From Pelomyxa schiedti (lineage: Eukaryota > Protista > Evosea), in the NCBI GenBank assembly GCA_020536535.1, contig JAHLWZ010000794.1, positions 62,001 through 126,000 of the forward strand: a stretch of DNA of 64,000 nucleotides, given 5' to 3'. The translations under genes were made by a program, and so were the position numbers. How positions within the stretch are numbered: the first letter of the stretch is position 1; each line of letters starts with the position of its first letter. The notes under the pieces were generated by a model that saw only the letters and a program-made list of their open reading frames with translations, did no database searches and was not told the DNA's origin. This document shows positions 1-13,600 of the stretch, piece by piece.

Positions 1-3000
1 AGTAGGCTTCCACCACCAGTTGTGACAAAACTTCCAATTCAAGGTATTGTCTTTTTTTTTTCCCCCTCTTTCTTCTTAAAAATTTACAGGGGGAGACCCA
101 CTTGGCATTCTAGTTGTTTCAGGTTTGTTTTTTTTTGTTTTTTTTCCCATTCTCACCTTGGTTTCATTGTTAGTTGTACAAGCCAAAGGTCTTCCCGAAA
201 AAAGAGGTTTTGCTAGTTACATCCTTTCACGTTGTCTTATATTTCTAGCCAATCTCCCTGTACAATGTACTTTGGAGCTGCAACATCACACACGCCATTT
301 TACAAGTATTTTGCGAGCGAGTGATCACGCGTTTTGGGAAGAATCTTTTTCTTTGTATGCAACTTCTTTTGTTCCAACACTCACACTGAGGATCAGCTTC
401 ATGTACCCTATTCAAGACAGTAAGACATCAGGACTGACAATATCAATAAAAGATAAAGAGAAAGACTATGGGAGCCTATTCTTCCTTGTACCTTTTTCCT
501 ACTTTTGACCCTCAATAAAATTCTCCCACAGCCAGCTGACTTGATAGAATTGTCTAAACCTCGTACCGGATGGTTTCCTCTTTTACAAAAGAAAAAATTA
601 AAGAAAGAGTGTCCTTTCCAACTGCAAGTGGTACTCCAGTTTCATCCCTTCCCATGGAATTCACCGCTTCCTCGACACTTCCATTATTACACGTACGTAA
701 TTTCTCTATCCTGTCGTTGTAAACAGAAACCAAAAACAAAAACAGCTTGTGTGTCAGTGAAATACTGGAGTGTGATAAACAATCCACTAAAGGAAATTCT
801 GTTGGCATCAGTGCCCATGCTCGCTGGGTACCACTTTAGATTATTTAGAATGTATAAAGCACAACCGCAAACAGCTTACCGTCGAGAATGAAAAAGATTC
901 TCGATGAATATGCACTCCGATATGGGATACATCTAAACCTTAAAAGTCTCATGTACCTGCCCATGTTAAAAAAATTAATCTTATTCTTTAAAGTGAAGTG
1001 AATTATTATATCAAAGAGATGGAACAGTGCATTGCAATACACTTTTTGTCGCCAGCAGTTGCCCTATTGGAGAGTATATGTAACCCCCGTAATTCACTGA
1101 CATTATCAGAGGTAAGAGTTTTTCCCCTCACAATTGTTTAAATACACAATCAGCACAAATTATTGGAAGACGTTCTTGCTTCTGGAGAAAGGCTAGGCAA
1201 GTCCTGGATTATGAATTACTTTGTTGCCTTTGAGGAAAATAAGCCCCCCGGTCAACTGGATGCCTTGCTCAAGGTTTCAACATTACCCTTTACTATAATA
1301 ATTCCCTCTTATTCCAATTCCTTCTTCGTGCAGCTTACTGAAATGATACTGGCAAAATCCCATCCAGGCACTGAACCATCCGATGCTGTGGTTTCTTATC
1401 TCAAAGTACACCAGATGCTGTGCTTTCTTGACTAGAAACCAATAAATTTCAGGAAACCTGGATGTTGCAACTCGAAAACTTGGTTGCAGATGAAAAATCC
1501 ACTTCTGAGGAAGCCGTGAAGGAACTATTACAGTATCAATCAGCTATTTTTCCTCATAGCTCACATCACAAGGATAATTGAAATTATTACCAAATCTCTG
1601 GAAAGAGACAGCCAATTTTTTTACAGTACATTCAAGAAGTATCGGTATCACTTTCTCTCCCCCGATTTGGCTTCTCAAAGTCTAAAGTGTCGATTTGGCC
1701 AAAATCCAAACGGATTTGAGTGGCAGTTTCATTGAATCGAGATATCATTTAATCTCACAAGGAAAAGAGCCGTCTGTGATGTCGGAAAAACAACTTAACC
1801 TCTTTATTGAGCTGTACTTTAAGCTCACTGAGTTCGCGACATTTTTGCTGAAGCTTAACCCAGCGTATGCTTTCCCTATTATTTAACATCTCTTACTCAG
1901 GAAAGGTGGGTTCCCATTCAATTTATCAACAAATTTGAACCTTATGTTGTGAGCTGGTTATGGATGAGTGCTCACAAACTCCACGCTTGGATTGACTCCG
2001 CAATTCAAGTGGATCAGGTTTTCCCGTTTCACTGCTTATTTCTACTTCGTTAGAACTTTTTCCCTTACGTTTGTTTTCACCAGTGGACACCCGTGACTAC
2101 AGAAGAGTTCTTCTCCTCTTCAGTTGTAGACCTCTTTTCCGCCTGGTTTCTTCTAGTATCACTCAAATATTATATTAAAGTTACTTCAGCAACCCCTCTG
2201 TCACTTTCGTGAAAAATCTCAAGTGGGGGTGCTGTGAAGCACACGGAGATGCAAACTCGCAATTTATCTCCATAATGCAAACCCTCACCATTGTAAACTT
2301 CAAGATATAAAAGTACCTTTCAAACTTAGAAGTAGGTTGTCTGTGGTGCTGTTGGACATTACACAAACAGTCTTAATGAGGCAGGGAAGTCAGTGATCAT
2401 GTCCCCATTATTTGCTGGGTTCATTGCCAATAACATAACGACAGCATCACATCAACAATCACCCGAAATTGCTGCCAATTCCACCAGTGCAACTTTAGAG
2501 GCCGCAAAGAAGGTACACCTTTTCTCTGTGCAATGGCTTATCAACCCTCTAGGTCTGTGTTTGCCTCAGCGATTTTGAGGCGGTATCTTGGTATCTTTCC
2601 GAATTTGCACCAAGCTTAGAATCTCTTTTGGAGGAGCGCGGTCTCTCCACCGAGCCTGTCAGTCAACTTATTACAGATCAACTTGCTGTGGTCTGTGCAA
2701 TCTATGCATACTTCTAACTCCCTAACATCATTCTAAGACTAGAGAATGCACAGACATACAGACGAATATGATTGCACAACTGGTATCTTTCTGTTGACCG
2801 TTCAGTTTTAACCCCATATTAAAGCTGGAACCGGCTATATCTTGGTGGACAATAAGAATGCTACCCGTAAATTGCAGTAAGAGAGCACGAGCCGTGAGGA
2901 AAGTTTTTGACAAAGTCCATGCCAAGACGCACTACGTCGTATCCAAGGTAAAAATTCCCACCCCACCCCACCCAATCACACAACCGTTTCCCCAAACGAA

Positions 3001-3807
3001 ACGCGTGTGAATTCCGGTGTGAGAAACAAACGTCCACCCCCCACCAACCTCCAAAAAAAAAAAAAGGTGCCGGTTGCCCACAGGAAAGCCGCCGCGGCCG
3101 CCGCGCCCCCGGCGATCCCGCTGCCGACGCCCACGAACCTGGCCAACGCGAGCACGCCGTCGTCGGACGGGACGCTGGTGGCTGACGGGTCGACTGTGCA
3201 GGTGGAGGAGGGACTGGTGGAGCAATCTGGGCAGTCCCTGTTCGAGTTCTACAACATTGTCCTTGGATTCTTGAACGAGAATTCCCACACAAAGTCATTC
3301 CAGAAGTGCCTGAGGTGCCTGTGGCTCCTCCAGCTCAAGGTACTTTTCCCCCTTTGATATATCTGGTGCTTAAACTGAAATGTAAATAAACTGGGGATCT
3401 AAGTGGGCACATTCTAAAAACACCAACAAAAACCAACAAATAGACTGTACTGCAAGTTATTCGGGATGGATTTGGCAAATGCCCAGAAGCACAAAAGGAG
3501 GAATTTCTCGAACAGGCAACAGATGCAATTGAGGTAACTCCCCTGACACTTGCTTTTTTACTTTGTTACCATGACGATATGGTGGATGGCTGTAAGACTG
3601 ACTCGTATGTAGGCCTTTGGACAATTCTTTGAGGCTGGGGGACAAGGCATCAGCCACAAAATGGTGGAAGCCGGGAGTGCACAGGCACGAGATCTTATAG
3701 CGTCTCTGTGGTGCTCAATGGCCACATCTGTTGGCGAACAACTGGGCGTAACACTAGGGGCTAGCAAGCTCACAAAACTCAAACAACACCTCAAAAAAGG
3801 CCACTGA
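1..3807 (+). CDS. Munc13/BAIAP3-like C2 + MHD1/MHD2 (MUN) protein, multi-exon, 5' end outside the window
   Basis: Spliced exons give a C2-like segment (QAKGLP..CTLEL..FWEESFSL..LTISIKDKE..GWFPL), MHD1-like WIDSAIQVDQ/WTPVTTEEFFSSSVVDLFSA and MHD2-like FYNIVLGFLNEN..CLRCLW..FFEAGGQGI. Stop TGA at 3805-3807. Many short GT-AG introns. Confidence 0.75.
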
Positions 3808-4082
3808 AGACGAGACGGTTTATTGTTTAGTTTGATCCGCGTAAGTCGCCGATCACAACCCACGCAGGGAAATGCTGCTACACCGACGTCGTTTGGCGGA
3901 AGAACAAACGCCAATTGTGCAGTTGCTCTAAAGATAATTAGAAGAAGCACCTGAACTATGGTGCGTGTTTGATGGCTAGATCTCGCGTTAGTCAAAAAAA
4001 CAAAGAAAAAAAAAAAAACCAAAACAGCGAAGTACCATCACCGGCACCAACAAAGTGTGACTAGGCCAGATTGTGTACAGAA

Positions 4083-6318
4083 ATGTCGACAGAAACACCC
4101 ACAACTGATGGGGCCGCATCTCAACCTAGTACTACTAGTGCACCACCAGTAAACACCGAATCAGCAAGTGCAACGTCGACCGCATCATCAGCCGCAGCCG
4201 TAACATCGACCGCAACGTCTACTGTAACTTCGGCTGCTGCCTCATCTGTACGTAATGTTCCTAGATCTACCTTTCAATAAGCGTGTAAAGACCCCTGGTG
4301 CGGTGTTCAAGCAGTCACATTATGAACGCCAGCCCCCGAAACCAGAGAGTAACTTCCCATGCAACTCGCGTTACTATATAAAATTGTTGGGGAGTCGTGC
4401 TCCTCCCGATGCCGCTGTGCCATCAGTAATCTCTCACAAATAGTGAAATTTGATGCCTTTGAGCAAGGCAAGAGCATCCTATTCGGATTGATGAAGCAAC
4501 TTAGACCTGGCATGGATCTCTCCAAGGTACGCCGCTGTTATCTCCCAGTTTGGATTCAAATGGCACTAGGTGGTACTTCCAACACACATCCTTGAACCCA
4601 GGTCATTTTTGGATAAAACAACAGGTTTTTAATATGTCTTTGTTTTTCCCAAAAAAGAGTTCATCTCACTCGCACTAGATTATTTTGTGCATATAGAGCT
4701 TATCAACCTGTAATTCCCTGCATTGTTGGATAAACTTACTTATTTTACTTCACAGTGCCGCAAAGCAAACTGATCCAAGAAGTCGTCTGATATATATATT
4801 AAGGTGGTATTTGAGTGGATTTTATGTTACTCCACAGGTACCTATTATTTCCCCACCATTTTATACACAAATCGTATAAAGATGTTGAAAAAACCGTACA
4901 ATCCCGTCCTTGGAGAAACTTACAGGTGCTCTTGGGACTTCCCCGAGGATAATTCCAATGCATTCCTCGTTTGTGAGCAGGTAGAGAAATCATGTGTTAT
5001 AGTTAAGCTAAACGTGGCAGGTATCGCATCACCCACCTATTTCTGCGTTCTATGTTTCCAATCGCGCTCATGGGTGGGTAGTGAATGGTGCCGTAGCATT
5101 CAAGTCGAAGTTTTGGGGTAAGAAACTCTATTGCAGGGAAGAACAAATTTATCTCCTTCAGGTACCTCCGCCGGCACTGTCCAAGAGGGCTATGGTTCCT
5201 TGCACTTGTTAGAGTGGGACGAAGAATATCGCTTCACCTTCCCCAGTGCTTGCGCCAAAGGATTCATCATAGGCCCTCTGACTGTTGAATTTTATGGTAT
5301 GCAAATTGTAAAAACACAAAATTCTAAGTTGTTTTCTTTAGGGAAGATGTCAATTGAATGTGAAAAGACGGGCTACAAAGCTGAATTCGAATTTTTATTG
5401 AAGGTTTCTCTTTTCTTTCTTTTCTCAGGCATGACAAAAATAATAATGGTAATAAAAAAAGCCTCTGTGGTACGGGGAGTACAATCATGTCTCAGGAAGC
5501 ATTAAGTACTATGACGAAGTGTTATACACTCTCTCTGGCCGCTGGGACAAGGAAATGTCCCTTAAAGATGCATCTACAGGGGTACAACAACAAAAAAAAA
5601 AGATCCAGAATCTTGTACTCAAGGTGTTTTATTTGTAGGAAATCCAAACATTGTGGAAAGTAACACCAGACCTTGCAGAACAGCGGAAAACACGTCTTTT
5701 GATACCAATGGAAGAGCAGATTCCCACTGAATCTGAAAAGTATTTTTACTTTTTATTTGAGTCTTTTTTTTTTTTTTGTAAACACATGTAATTCTTATAA
5801 TAATGCAACTGCCGATTTTAATTCTATGAAGACTGTGGATTGGTGTCACAAATGCACTGATTGCTGGTGATCAAGAAACGGCTACCGCTGAAAAGACAAA
5901 AATTGAGGAGGCACAACGCGCTCTCGTCAGAGGTAACACCCTCATTCTTTGTGTTTTTTCTCCAAATTCACATGGGAACAGAAAGAGACAAGAATGGTGT
6001 CACCTGGGTCCCAAGGTATTTTACATGGGATGCCACACGCGAGCAGTGGTTCTACAACTGGCTAAAGTGCGAACTTCACTTGCTTGCATCCCTTTCACTT
6101 ACTCGTTAAATAGCACATCCCCGATGTCTGACGAAGACAAGTTCGAGTACGAGTACGAGTTCAAAATCGGCCGGCGTGGGTCACCCACCACCCCGGCCGC
6201 ATCCACTACAACCCCAACAAGTACCTCCGAAAGTACTCCTGCCTCAACACCAACGTCAACACCCGCACCCACTACAACCACCACCACAACAACATCTTCT
6301 GGACAAAATTCTTCTTGA
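4083..6318 (+). CDS. Oxysterol-binding protein-related protein (ORD domain), multi-exon
   Basis: ORD motifs across exons: LRPGMDLSK|VVLPTHILEPRSFL, KKPYNPVLGETY, EQ|VSHHPPISAF, KSKFWG, ATAEKTKIEEAQR, WVPRYF. Ser/Thr-rich termini. Confidence 0.92.
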
Positions 6319-6834
6319 GGCAGCAACACCAATGAGAAATCATAAACCGAAATTTGCTTTTAATAATGGAACAAAGTCTAGTTTTGGGGCTATCGTTCAG
6401 GGCCAATATCCTTTTAGGCGGAGGGAGCAGTCACAGCCCAGTACCTTAAGGTATTAGTGAGTTGCCCTTAAAAAGCGTTCAAAATGAACGCTCTAATCGG
6501 TTTCTAATTGTTTCTGATGATATCTAATCCATGCCAACCCCCCAGACTCGCCTTGGTCTTACCGCAACAACCAGGCAGTGTTGTCCTCACCTCTATGGTT
6601 CTGGAGGGTAGGTCGGGGAAGTCCACCTTGGTTGGGAGCCTGCTCTGTTAGCTGAACAACTGGTATTTTTTTCCCCTCTGTGAGGAGGGTATCCGGATGA
6701 GCACCGAACTGCGCAACCTGACGTGGCCTGTTATGACCGCGGACACATGTAGAGTCGTTTACCCTCAAAACCGGCGGTACGGGTTGGAGGGGTGCCACAG
6801 AGGCAGTGAGAGAGGAGGGGGTGGGGGGGAGCAA

Positions 6835-6936
6835 TACACCCTGTGGAGGGGTGTAGGCACACCTTGCATGGGCACCCTTTGGAAGGATGCACATGTGGGG
6901 ATGGGGGTGGGGATACACTCTGTGGAAGGGTGTATC
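6835..6936 (+). other. Cluster of three related stem-loops with NTGGA loops, interleaved with G-tracts
   Basis: TACACCCT-GTGGA-GGGGTGTA (6835-6855), GCACCCT-TTGGA-AGGATGC (6872-6890) and GATACACTCT-GTGGA-AGGGTGTATC (6912-6936), intergenic. Confidence 0.6.
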
Positions 6937-7688
6937 ATTCACACGCACCTGGCACCCTGTTTATAGAACCGCACACAGCACTTGCCCCCCCACACACGCC
7001 TGCATCCCACACACCTGCACCCCTCCTCCCTCGTTCTCCCTCCATCTCCGGCGTTCTCCCTCGTTCTCCCACTCCTTTCCTCTCACCCACTACACAATGT
7101 AATGATCGTTGTGCTTCGTGTGTAGTATCTCGGTGGTGTTCGCACTCCGTTTTTGTATCAAAAAGGAAAAAAAATCGGTTCTTTAGAAGTGTGGGGGGAG
7201 GCCGTCGAATTTTTTCTAAGCTAAAACCTCGCGGTCTGGGATTGAAAAAATTTAGCCAAATGGCCTGTGCAGCAACATGCTTTTTAGCAGCATGGACCAT
7301 GACTTGCTAGCTATTACTAAGATGTTTCAGGCATCAACATCAGGTGAACCGCATCTTGAGTGCTGTCCCACTTGCCCATACAACAGTTGTTGAGCCAGAA
7401 AAAGGACTACTGTGGAACTATAGGGTGTTGCACCAATGGTCTGACAGGGATCTGCTGTTGAAGCACTTGCAACTGATGTTGCAGTGTTGGTGTGACCCAA
7501 CAGATCTGATCCGCCAGTGGTGATCAAAACCAACAATTTCTCGGTTTGTCCGTTGACAGTGAATTTACGACCAAAGTCTTAAGTTCTAATTTCCAGCCTC
7601 CCAGTTGCAGTTACGCCCACCCAAGTTAGGAAAGTTGGTTTTAGACAAACAGCTGGAGTATTTTGTGGCTTAGAAACAACTTTACGAG

Positions 7689-10600
7689 ATGACTGTCAAA
7701 GCCTGCGTGGAGAGTTTCTTGAGATTCTTGGCACATCAGGAGACCGACACCACACTTTTAGAGCGTTGGTTGCCCCATCATCACTCAAAAGAACTTTCGT
7801 CCTGGGCTTCAAACACCTATTTTCTGGTGGTGCCCAATCTGTCCCAGTTCTGCAGCGATGATGAAGGTACGATGGTTAAAATTTCGTGCATACTTTCCAA
7901 GATGCTCGATCTGTACTCCAAAAACCTCGCCAAAGTTGCCCCTCACTTCTACAGCCGAAACACGTTTACGACCGATTCAGCACAAACTCTTCTGAGGCTG
8001 GTGCACGCCTGCGACACAGAGGACTACAAAAACCTCCTCCAGATCCTGATTCAAGGAAACCCCAAAACCCGAAATGCCGAACTCCAACCGTTCGCCAGCG
8101 TAATCACCCGTGCGCACGTCGCCTCCCAAGTGTTGTCGATCCGCACACGGCCCAATTTTCCTTCAGCTATCGAGGCGCTTCTTTCCACTCCAGCGGGAAT
8201 CGGTGCATATGCGCAAGCTACGGACGGCGGTCAATTCCTCATAACGTTGCTTTCCGCCAACGACATTGGTGGGCCACGTGCGCTGGCCACGTGTTGGGCG
8301 TCGGTCTTTTTGACCTTCGTTTTTGGTCTCAGTTCAAACTCGTGCAATTTCGGCGTCGCCCTGCTGCAGGTCTGTAGGAATGTTTCGCTCAAGGAAATTG
8401 ACGAGCAGATGGCTACTGATGATATCTCAATGAGATTCCACACCGAACTGAAATCAGAAAACGTCCAGCAGGTTTAACTAAACATCTCCCGCAGCAATTA
8501 AGCTCCACATCAAACTAAAATTTTACGAATTCATTTTAACCTTTACTGCAGTTGACCCTCTATTTGAGCAATCTGGTTAGTATTTGCATTCAACTGCCTT
8601 CTCTGGTTACATTTCACCTTCGGCTCCTTGCTCTTTTTATCAGTAAATTGGGTGCAAATACGCATCACGTTGATCTCACCAGCCCCATTTCGGCTGCTTT
8701 CGAGATTGCATTGAACCCTACTCTGAATACATTCGGTGTTAATGATGCCACCACAAAGGGTATAGATTGGGACTTATTGGATACTCTTACAGCATCTGCA
8801 AGTGGGATTGGAGCGTCAGTCAATACATCAGCTTTCCAACAACTCCTCTCCCATCTCGCAGCTGAGGTACCAGAGAAATTCTTCATCTCTTTCACTCCTC
8901 TTTTCCTGCGTGCAAATGCCATCTCTTTATTCAATGCCGATACAGTCAATGTACTTCTTAAGCTAGATTTTTGGGGACCTGTGTCACACTGGCTTCAGGC
9001 TCTTCTTACTTCACCAAGTACCCCTCCATCACAAATATTACTCATTTTCGATACCACTTCGGAAAGCAAGTTTCTTCCTCACAACCTGTTATGTTGCACC
9101 TTACATGCAATTATGGAAAGGAATATTCTCTCTCAATGCCAGGAGGCAAAAATATCTTTGATTTGGGCTATTCTGGATGACACTTTTGTTCGGTCCCTTT
9201 CCCCTCAACAGTTGCATGCAGTAATTAAATTTGCTTGCTTAAGTCTTCAGCAATTTTCTTGGAACCTGAGTGAAGATAAGCAGAATCGCCTTATGACTGC
9301 TGCAGGTAGCCTCATTCGAAGATGCACCGATATAGATATTGAACTCTTGATTTCTGTTGTTCAGCTGCTAACTACCTTCTCATCTGTGCCTAATGCCGAA
9401 GTGGTATTGCAGGGATTTTTTTATGCCCTTGGAAGTGACTTACCTGCACTTCTGAAAGATAACCCTAATACAGCAATGTGTATTTTGCAAGTAGTGCTTA
9501 GGTCAAGTAATTGCCCTGGGTGGAAAACGGTAGTGCAGAAATGCATTGTTCCTTTTCTGTTTCCTCATGCCAATATGCCTATCATCCAAAAGCTTATAGA
9601 AAGAGCCATAGATTTCACTGAGGAAGAAAAAAGTCTCACGAATCTTGAGGATAATTCCACCCATCAGGAAGTTGACCAACAGGATTCACTATTCTACTCT
9701 CTTGCCCAAGGAGGCAGCACAAAAAAGCAGCACTTATTGCTGCATCAGTCCATGTCAGCCTATGAATGTGTGCAGTTCACAGCTACTTGCCAGGGAATAT
9801 TGGATGATGAATCTGTTTCTTGGGAGCCCAAACTTACTGATAAAGTTTTTTCTCTGGAGTCACACAAGGCATTATCAATACATGGGGAAGGAACTTTCTG
9901 TATTAAAGTTCACTTGAAAGCAACTCCAACGTCAAGTCAAAACCAAAGTGCTTCATCTCTTGAAGTAAGCTTGTATGTTAATAGACTGCTGCACTGTACA
10001 GTTATGGGCTCTATTGGCGAGGTTATTAAGCTGTCCAAAGCCATAGATGTTCCACCAACTGGTGCTTCCTGTTATATTAAGTGTCATACAAGGCAAGGAT
10101 GTGCCTTTAGTCTAGACACATCAAATGACAATTCGTGCTCTCTTTCAGTTTCCAGATTACCTTTGAAGATAAGAGAACTATGTAGTCCACTTTGTAGGGG
10201 ATCAGGCCCTCCCATCACAGACTTATCACTTCTTGTGAAGGGTGCCATTTGTACACCCACAACCCTTATCAACATTAGTGCTATAAAACGAGCTCAGTAC
10301 GATACAACTCCCGTTCTGTTATGTGGCGATACCGGCACTGCAAAAACATTTACAATCACTGCCGCAGCAGTGCTAGCTAAAGTGGAATTTATCCGGGTCA
10401 ACATGCATGCTCAAATGACAGATGAAGATTTATTTGGCAAACTTGTCAAGACCCCTAAGGGCTTTGAGTTTGAACTACAAATTTTTTCTCGGGCATATAA
10501 AAATGGAATGTGGTTGCTACTTGATGAGCTGAACCTTGCCAGATCTGAAGTACTTGTTAGAATTGAAAGTGCCCTTGCTTCCTCCACTCTTCATGTGGGA

Positions 10601-13600
10601 CAGTATACAATCAAGAGGGACCCTAACTTCCGATTATTTGCAACACAAAATCCAGACACTGGAGTGTGGCGAGGAAAAAGGACAGTCTTACCAAAATCCC
10701 TATTGAGCCTATTTCGGATCCAAAATTTTATTCACCTTCCATTTCCTGAGTGGGTGGAAGTTTTGTCTGGCCTTATTCCACAAGGAGACCAGACAATCGT
10801 GGGGCAAGTAGTTGCTTTTGCACAGGATTACCTCACAAAACCTTATGCTATGCATAATTATGGCCAAATAACCATAAGAGAGTTGAGGCGGTGGGCTGAT
10901 TCCTACCATAGCACAGGAGACATACAGGCATCTTCCTGGTGTGTATTTGCAGCAAGGCACAGGGGTGATGACTTATATTCTGTAAACCACCTGTTACAGA
11001 GTCATAAGTTACTTGAAAGCAGTACCATGAAGAAGATAAATTTTTCTTTGGTCAAAGTTGGTCAGCCTAAGTTTGCCCTCGTTGTCAAGACGTGCATCCA
11101 ATCTAGAATAAGATCTTTTTGCCAAAGACAGGGAATTGCAAGTAACGTATCAACCAAGATCATAGAGGGTGTAACTGATTTGAGTTTATCTGATGTGGCT
11201 TCTAAGTCCTTTGAATCATTGTTTGAAACTTCAGGCTTGGATTCCAAGTTTTGCACCACCTTGGCTCTGGAGTGCATTAAACTGACAGATGCTTCTTCTT
11301 TCCTTGGTTGTGGGACCACATTTTTTCCTGTGCGCTGCAAGACGAGTGGGAGTCATGCCACACTTTTGAGGCATCTGTATACAATGATCCTTGAAGTCCT
11401 ATATTCAGAGGCATTTTTTTCCCTTTACGGTTTGTACTTGGTACCTCACAAACTCTATCAAAAGTGGCTTGAAGGTACAGCATTAAGTTTTGGTATGTCA
11501 CTCAAACAGATTGTTGTCAACATTATTTCTGAAGTCGCTGGTTGTCTCAGAAGTACTAGGGGTAGGAACGAGTTCCTGCACCTCATTGTACACAAGGTGA
11601 AGGCTGAGTTTGGGGTAACTGACCTCACTGAATCGGAGATACCTCTGCTTTCTCACAATGTCACCCCAATTGTTGTTACTGATCGATTACAGCAAACATG
11701 GAATTCATTGTCTCTTGCCATGCAGCTGGCTATGCCAATTCTATTGACTGGGTCCAAGGGTTGTGGAAAGAGTGCTTGTGTGTCAACCTTAGCTGGACTA
11801 ATGGGACAAAATGTTATACCTTACAACATGACCAAAGAGACAGAGGCTGCGGAGCTTATTGGGAAATTTGCACCCAGTGAAGACAAGAGCTCTCACTCAA
11901 TTGAATGGAAAAATGGATTCCTCACACAGGCTGCTCTGAATGGAAGACTTATTCTGCTTGAAAATCTCTCAAATGCAGATGATGTACTTCTCGAGCGACT
12001 CAATCCTATCCTGGAACCTGCTCATGAACGGAAATTAGTACTCACCGAAAAATCGGCGGAAGATCTAACAAAAGATATCAAAGAAACTTTTCGTGTCTTC
12101 TGCACTGTCACTGTGGGTGAGTCGGAGCTTTCACCTGCCCTATACAATCGATTTAGTATCATTCATGTCCCAGATCCTGATCAAGGTGCATATGTCACTG
12201 AAATTGAGGCAATGTGCACAATTCTGTGTGGCGATCACCAAGAATTGGCCAGAGACTGTGCATTACAGCTCAAAGAAACCACCATAGCCTTGAAAAGGAA
12301 ATTAGATATGAGAGAGATATCCCGTATTGCAAATGTTTCCTTCAGGCTTAGAGAAATGTTTCCCCACATTGACGGCAGTAAGCCAATCCTTGAACAAGCC
12401 CTCGGCCTTATTTTGGGGAAGGAGCTAGGCTTTCCCCCAATGGACCTAGATGTGAAATCTCAAATGGGGATTAAGTGGCCAGACGATTATGTTTTATCAC
12501 CTTTACGCACCAGAATTCTTAATAGTATTCTAATGTGCTTGAATTCTGCAATTCCCATACTTTTGGAAGGACCTCCAGCAGTTGGGAAGAGTCAAATTGT
12601 CCACAGTCTCTCAAAATGCTATAAAATAAATGGGAAGATCTTACATTTAGAGCAAATTACCAACTCCGAGTCTATGACTGTAAATGACTTCTATGGATCT
12701 TATATCGTTACTGATCAAGTTGAGTTCAGTTCTGGGCCCTTGGCTCGTGCTGTGCAAGAAGGGTTTTTACTTCTCGTTGATGAGTTAAATTTGGCGGATT
12801 CTGAGGTTTTAAATGTTCTTCTTCCAATTCTTGAAGGTGCACCTCTTGTTTTCAATCCTGTTTCAGGTGATCTGATGACTGTCCACAAGGATTTCAGGCT
12901 TATTGCAACACAAAACTCCAGATCAGATGTTGGGAGAAATAAACTGCCACCCAGTATAGCTTCCCGTTTGATAACTATTGGTTTTCCTGCATTCACCAAC
13001 AGTGAATTTCTCTCTCTTATTATGAGCATTGGGTGCCCAGAGAGTGAAGCACCCAACCTTAGTAATCTCTACAGAGCAGGGAGCATGCCTCCTATGCAGT
13101 TAACTTTGAGGGAAGTGAAAAAACTCATTAGGCGTTATAAATCTGACTCCATTTCTTCACTAGTGGGTGGGGTTTCCAAGATGAGTACTTATGCAGCAAC
13201 CATGCTAACTCACCGAGCAAGCAACACAATTGATGTTTGTGACCTTTTGAAAAGGGAGATGGGGTACGCCATTGACATAAAAGGTCCTGCCACTATTGTA
13301 TGGAATCCTGCAAAAAAGCAGGTATCATTTGACTATGGTGGAGTTATGAGCACAATGGAAGGAGATTTAACAAGAACTACAATTTATTCGTTATGCAGTA
13401 ATGTAAACAGTTGGCCACAGCAACTCAAAAGGGTAATGTCCTTGGTGAGTTTTGCTTTGTGTTGCAGAGAACCAGTACTTCTTTTTGGCCCAACTGGTTA
13501 CAAATCCCTTGTCTTGAAGACATTTGCTGAGTTACTCCAACGTCCAAAAAGAATAACTTTCCTAACTTCTGACACGGAGACATCTGACCTTCTTGGGCAA

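Noticed and set aside
6474-6508. Helitron-like 3' end (AGCGTTCA-AAA-TGAACGCT hairpin, 11 nt, CTAA|T)
   Set aside because: No Rep/helicase or matching 5' end, and it lies just past a gene's 3' end. It could easily be chance.
6559-7310. Overlapping short ORFs in the G/C-skewed intergenic region
   Set aside because: Low-complexity translations with no motifs. Better explained by non-coding hairpins and G/C tracts.
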